A stretch of 27,050 nt of DNA, taken from Silvanigrellaceae bacterium. GTDB lineage: Bacteria; Bdellovibrionota_B; Oligoflexia; Silvanigrellales; Silvanigrellaceae. Under the pieces are notes generated by a model that was not told the origin of the DNA, did not search any database, and saw only the letters and a list, made by a program, of their open reading frames with translations. The stretch is from contig JBMSQQ010000045.1 of NCBI GenBank assembly GCA_049423385.1, positions 1 through 27,050 on the forward strand. The letters run 5' to 3'. This document shows, piece after piece, positions 24,125 to 27,050 of the stretch. Numbering within the stretch: position 1 is the stretch's first letter; every line of letters begins with the position of its first letter. The position numbers and the translations under genes were made by a program.

Positions 24125-25360
24125 ATGTTGATTTCATTGCGTTTTTTGCGGCAGGTTGTTGCCTTTGGTGGAGTTCTGATTGTCGGTGCCGGCTGCGTGA
24201 AACGAAGCTACAACTCTGATCCTTACATCGTGGGCGGAGAGCTGGTGGAAGAAAATGATCCCATCTACAAATCTGCCGTTTCGCTCGATTACGATGGTTC
24301 TCCCGTTTGCACAGGTTTCGTTTATGACAAGCGAACAATCGTGACTGCTGCACATTGCCTGGCAGCAGGCCCCTTGCGTGGTGCGACCTTGACGGTGACC
24401 TTCGGCAGCAAGAACAGGCAGCTGAAAGAATCTGTTCAGGTTCCTGCCAAGCAAGTTCTCGCCAACGGATCGTGGGACAGAGGTGATATTTCCCGCAAGG
24501 ACATCGATCCAATGCCTCAATTCCCGAAGAGCGACATTGGCATCATCGTTTTGTCTGAAGATGTTCCGGATTGGGTGAAGCCGCTTCCAATCAAGGAGAT
24601 TGGCACCGTGGAAACAGGACGGGACGTTATTCTCGCAGGATTTGGGCAAACACGGGAGCTGCCCCAGAACGCATCGACAACCGAATTCAAAGGCTTCTTG
24701 CGCAAAACCAGGGTCAAACTTTCAGTGATCAACGACGCAGGTAAAGAGCTGCTTTGGCAGTCGCCAGAAGACAATTCGCGTGCCAGTTCTTGCCATGGCG
24801 ACTCGGGTGGACCGATGTATTTTGTGGAGAATGATGGCAGCTTGACCGTGATAGGAGTGACCTCACGCTCGTACAGCGCTGCGCTCGACTGCATGCAAAA
24901 GGGTGTTTACACCGACGTTCGCAAATACGTGGACTGGATCAAGGCGAGCAGGGAAAAATTGCTGAGTGGAGTTGTTTCAACAGCAGATTGGCAACACCGC
25001 TATTTCAACAGCAAGGAGGGCACCAAAATTGCCCTTGATTACAAGCTTGCTCAAGTGGGCCCCGAATACATCAGCAAGGAAGTCTGGCTGAATGTATACG
25101 ATCCGAAGTTCACGGGTCAGGAAGCAATTTCAGCAACCCTTTCGAGCTACATCAATTCCCTGACCCAGCAAAAACTGAAGATGGAATATGCAGGCGACCA
25201 TCGTTTCACCATCAAATTCGACAAGTTCAATCAGGAGAAGGTCTGCGCCATTGCTTCGCGCTGGGGTGTCAACCAGGACGTGGTGGTTGAAATCAACGGA
25301 TCAAACCTCAAGGACAGTGTTTCGGGCGAGGATAAATTCAAGTTCAAATTCTGCGAGTAG
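24125..25360 (+). CDS. Active S1 (trypsin-fold) serine protease lipoprotein with C-terminal accessory domain (about 411 aa)
   Basis: GAGG RBS, lipobox-like GAGC, activation site IVGG, full triad TAAHC / SDIGII / CHGDSGGP, GVYT. Confidence 0.9.
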   Translation: MLISLRFLRQVVAFGGVLIVGAGCVKRSYNSDPYIVGGELVEENDPIYKSAVSLDYDGSPVCTGFVYDKRTIVTAAHCLAAGPLRGATLTVTFGSKNRQLKESVQVPAKQVLANGSWDRGDISRKDIDPMPQFPKSDIGIIVLSEDVPDWVKPLPIKEIGTVETGRDVILAGFGQTRELPQNASTTEFKGFLRKTRVKLSVINDAGKELLWQSPEDNSRASSCHGDSGGPMYFVENDGSLTVIGVTSRSYSAALDCMQKGVYTDVRKYVDWIKASREKLLSGVVSTADWQHRYFNSKEGTKIALDYKLAQVGPEYISKEVWLNVYDPKFTGQEAISATLSSYINSLTQQKLKMEYAGDHRFTIKFDKFNQEKVCAIASRWGVNQDVVVEINGSNLKDSVSGEDKFKFKFCE

Positions 25361-25372
25361 AACTGAAAAAAA

Positions 25373-27049
25373 TCATTCGTCGTCTGAACTTTGCCTCAAC
25401 GATGCGAGCACACTCACATCCTCCAGAGTGGTGGTGTCGCCCAGGCTTTCGTGGCCTGTGGCAACGTCCTTCAACAGGCGTCTCATGATCTTTCCACTGC
25501 GTGTTTTCGGAAGTGAATCCGTGAACCGGATGTGATCAGGCTTGGCAAAACTGCCAATAATGCCACCAACATGGGTGATCAATTCGCGCGCTAGGGCCTG
25601 CTTCTTGTCGTCGCTCCAACTTTCAGATTGCTTGACTTCATTCTTGAGCGTGACAAATGCGTAAATCGAAGTTCCCTTGACCTGGTCGGGAACGCCGACG
25701 ACTGCGGATTCTGCAACGCTGGAATGATCGACGAGAGCGCTTTCCACTTCCATGGTGCCAATGCGATGTCCCGCAACGTTGATGACATCATCCACGCGAC
25801 CAATAACCCAGATGTCACTGTCGGCATCTTTGAAGGCTCCATCACCCGTGAAATACCAAGGGTCTTTGCTTGCGCCCTCCGGACCCGAAAAAGTGCTCCA
25901 ATATGTTTTTGCATAACGATCCGGATCACCATGAACCGTGCGCAATTGTGAAGGCCATGGTTTGGTGATGACGAGTTTACCGCGATTGCCGGGTGCAACC
26001 GGAATGCCGTTGTCGTCGACAACATCAACAGAAATTCCAGGCAACGGACGCGTTGCAGAACCCGGTTTCAAGGGAGTGACTCCGGGCAGGGGGCTCATCA
26101 TGATTCCGCCTGTTTCGGTCTGCCACCAGGTGTCCACGATAGGGCATTTCCCGTTGCCGATCGTGGAGTGGTACCACTCCCAGGCTTCCGGATTGATAGG
26201 CTCGCCAACCGAACCCAGCAGTCGCAACGAATCGAGGTTCGACTTTTTCGGCCAATGATTTCCTTGTCGCATGAATGCCCTGATGGCTGTTGGGGCAGTG
26301 TAAAAAATTGAGATGTGTTCACGTTCAATGCAGCGCCAGAAACGTCCGAAATCCGGGAAGTCGGGTGCACCTTCGTACATGTAGATTGTCGCACCGTTGG
26401 AAAGAGGACCATAGACAACGTAACTGTGGCCTGTGACCCAACCAATGTCTGCCGTGCACCAATAGACATCTGATTGCTTGATGTCGAAGACCCACTGGCA
26501 GGTGAGGTTTGTCCACAAGGCATATCCAGCCGTACCGTGGACGACGCCTTTGGGTTTTCCGGTGGTGCCGCTGGTGTAGAGAATGAACAACGGATGTTCC
26601 GCAGGCAATGATGCAGCGGGCAAGTGACTGTTTTTCACCTGAATGTCGGTGTACCAGTGATCCCTGCCGTTCATCATTTTGGTGGGTGCGAATGAGCTTT
26701 CTGAAATTCTATAGGCACTGTTTTGGGTCTCGCCAAGGCGATCGATGACCACCACAGACTTCACACAAGGACACTCAGAAACGGCTTTGTCGACAGCGTT
26801 CTTCAGCGGAAGAATTTTGCCACGGCGGAAGCCGCCATTTGCTGTGATGACACACACAGCCTGGGCATCGAGAATGCGATCACGCAGCGATTCTGCCGAA
26901 AATCCGCCAAACACAACTGTATGGGTTGCTCCGATGCGTGCGCAGGCGAGCATGGCAATGGCCGCTTCTGGAATCATTGGCAAGTAGAGCGCAACCCGGT
27001 CGCCCTTTTTGCCTCCAATTTTAAAACCTCCCTCGGCAAAAGCGAAGAC
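25373..27049 (-). CDS. acs: Acetyl-CoA synthetase, 5'-partial (frame stays open to the right edge)
   Basis: [72 protein letters not shown]. Confidence 0.95.
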   Translation of the reverse strand, partial: VFAFAEGGFKIGGKKGDRVALYLPMIPEAAIAMLACARIGATHTVVFGGFSAESLRDRILDAQAVCVITANGGFRRGKILPLKNAVDKAVSECPCVKSVVVIDRLGETQNSAYRISESSFAPTKMMNGRDHWYTDIQVKNSHLPAASLPAEHPLFILYTSGTTGKPKGVVHGTAGYALWTNLTCQWVFDIKQSDVYWCTADIGWVTGHSYVVYGPLSNGATIYMYEGAPDFPDFGRFWRCIEREHISIFYTAPTAIRAFMRQGNHWPKKSNLDSLRLLGSVGEPINPEAWEWYHSTIGNGKCPIVDTWWQTETGGIMMSPLPGVTPLKPGSATRPLPGISVDVVDDNGIPVAPGNRGKLVITKPWPSQLRTVHGDPDRYAKTYWSTFSGPEGASKDPWYFTGDGAFKDADSDIWVIGRVDDVINVAGHRIGTMEVESALVDHSSVAESAVVGVPDQVKGTSIYAFVTLKNEVKQSESWSDDKKQALARELITHVGGIIGSFAKPDHIRFTDSLPKTRSGKIMRRLLKDVATGHESLGDTTTLEDVSVLASLRQSSDDE

Positions 27050-27050
27050 A

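Noticed and set aside
26984..27050. Odd residues at the acs 5' edge ([14 protein letters not shown] versus the usual FANxLxxLGVKKGD)
   Set aside because: The frame stays open; this may be divergence or low-quality end sequence and cannot be judged from the window.
1..27050. CRISPR arrays, tRNA/rRNA, IS elements, long tandem DNA repeats
   Set aside because: None seen. The low-complexity stretches (20500-20630, 20275-20310) are coding Gly/Ser and Asp runs.

Overview
This is a gene-dense bacterial chromosomal window with roughly balanced GC and one short, very AT-rich patch near 21.2-21.3 kb. I see no rRNA, tRNA, CRISPR array, IS element or phage genes. The gene content (TIGR02147-type regulator, trypsin-family lipoproteins, REC-TPR protein, 7TM-PP2C sensor, many exported peptidases) resembles Bdellovibrionota/Oligoflexia-type bacteria; that taxonomy is an inference. 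Left to right: a large minus-strand lipoprotein metalloprotease missing from the ORF track (ATG 2689, open past the left edge), a Uup-like ABC-F, GST, a decayed c-type cytochrome gene, a putative outer-membrane protein, M14 and M28 peptidases, a pseudo-receiver/TPR protein, a hotdog-fold + nitronate monooxygenase pair, a tldD-pmbA-pseudotrypsin-sigma54 activator operon, a TIGR02147-lipoprotein-diheme cytochrome module, a 7TM-PP2C phosphatase, dCMP deaminase, an active S1 protease lipoprotein and a partial acs. Four things stand out. (1) The left-edge protease is chimeric: a thermolysin-type FTP/PepSY propeptide sits on a metzincin domain with PPC-like, Calx-beta and cyanobacterial-type bluetail modules. 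(2) TldD/PmbA are tightly coupled to a catalytically dead trypsin and an enhancer-binding protein with an unrecognised input domain. (3) A cytochrome paralog carries three lesions. (4) A terminator overlaps a candidate promoter directly in front of the M14 gene. All family calls come from motif recognition by eye; no database search was run.
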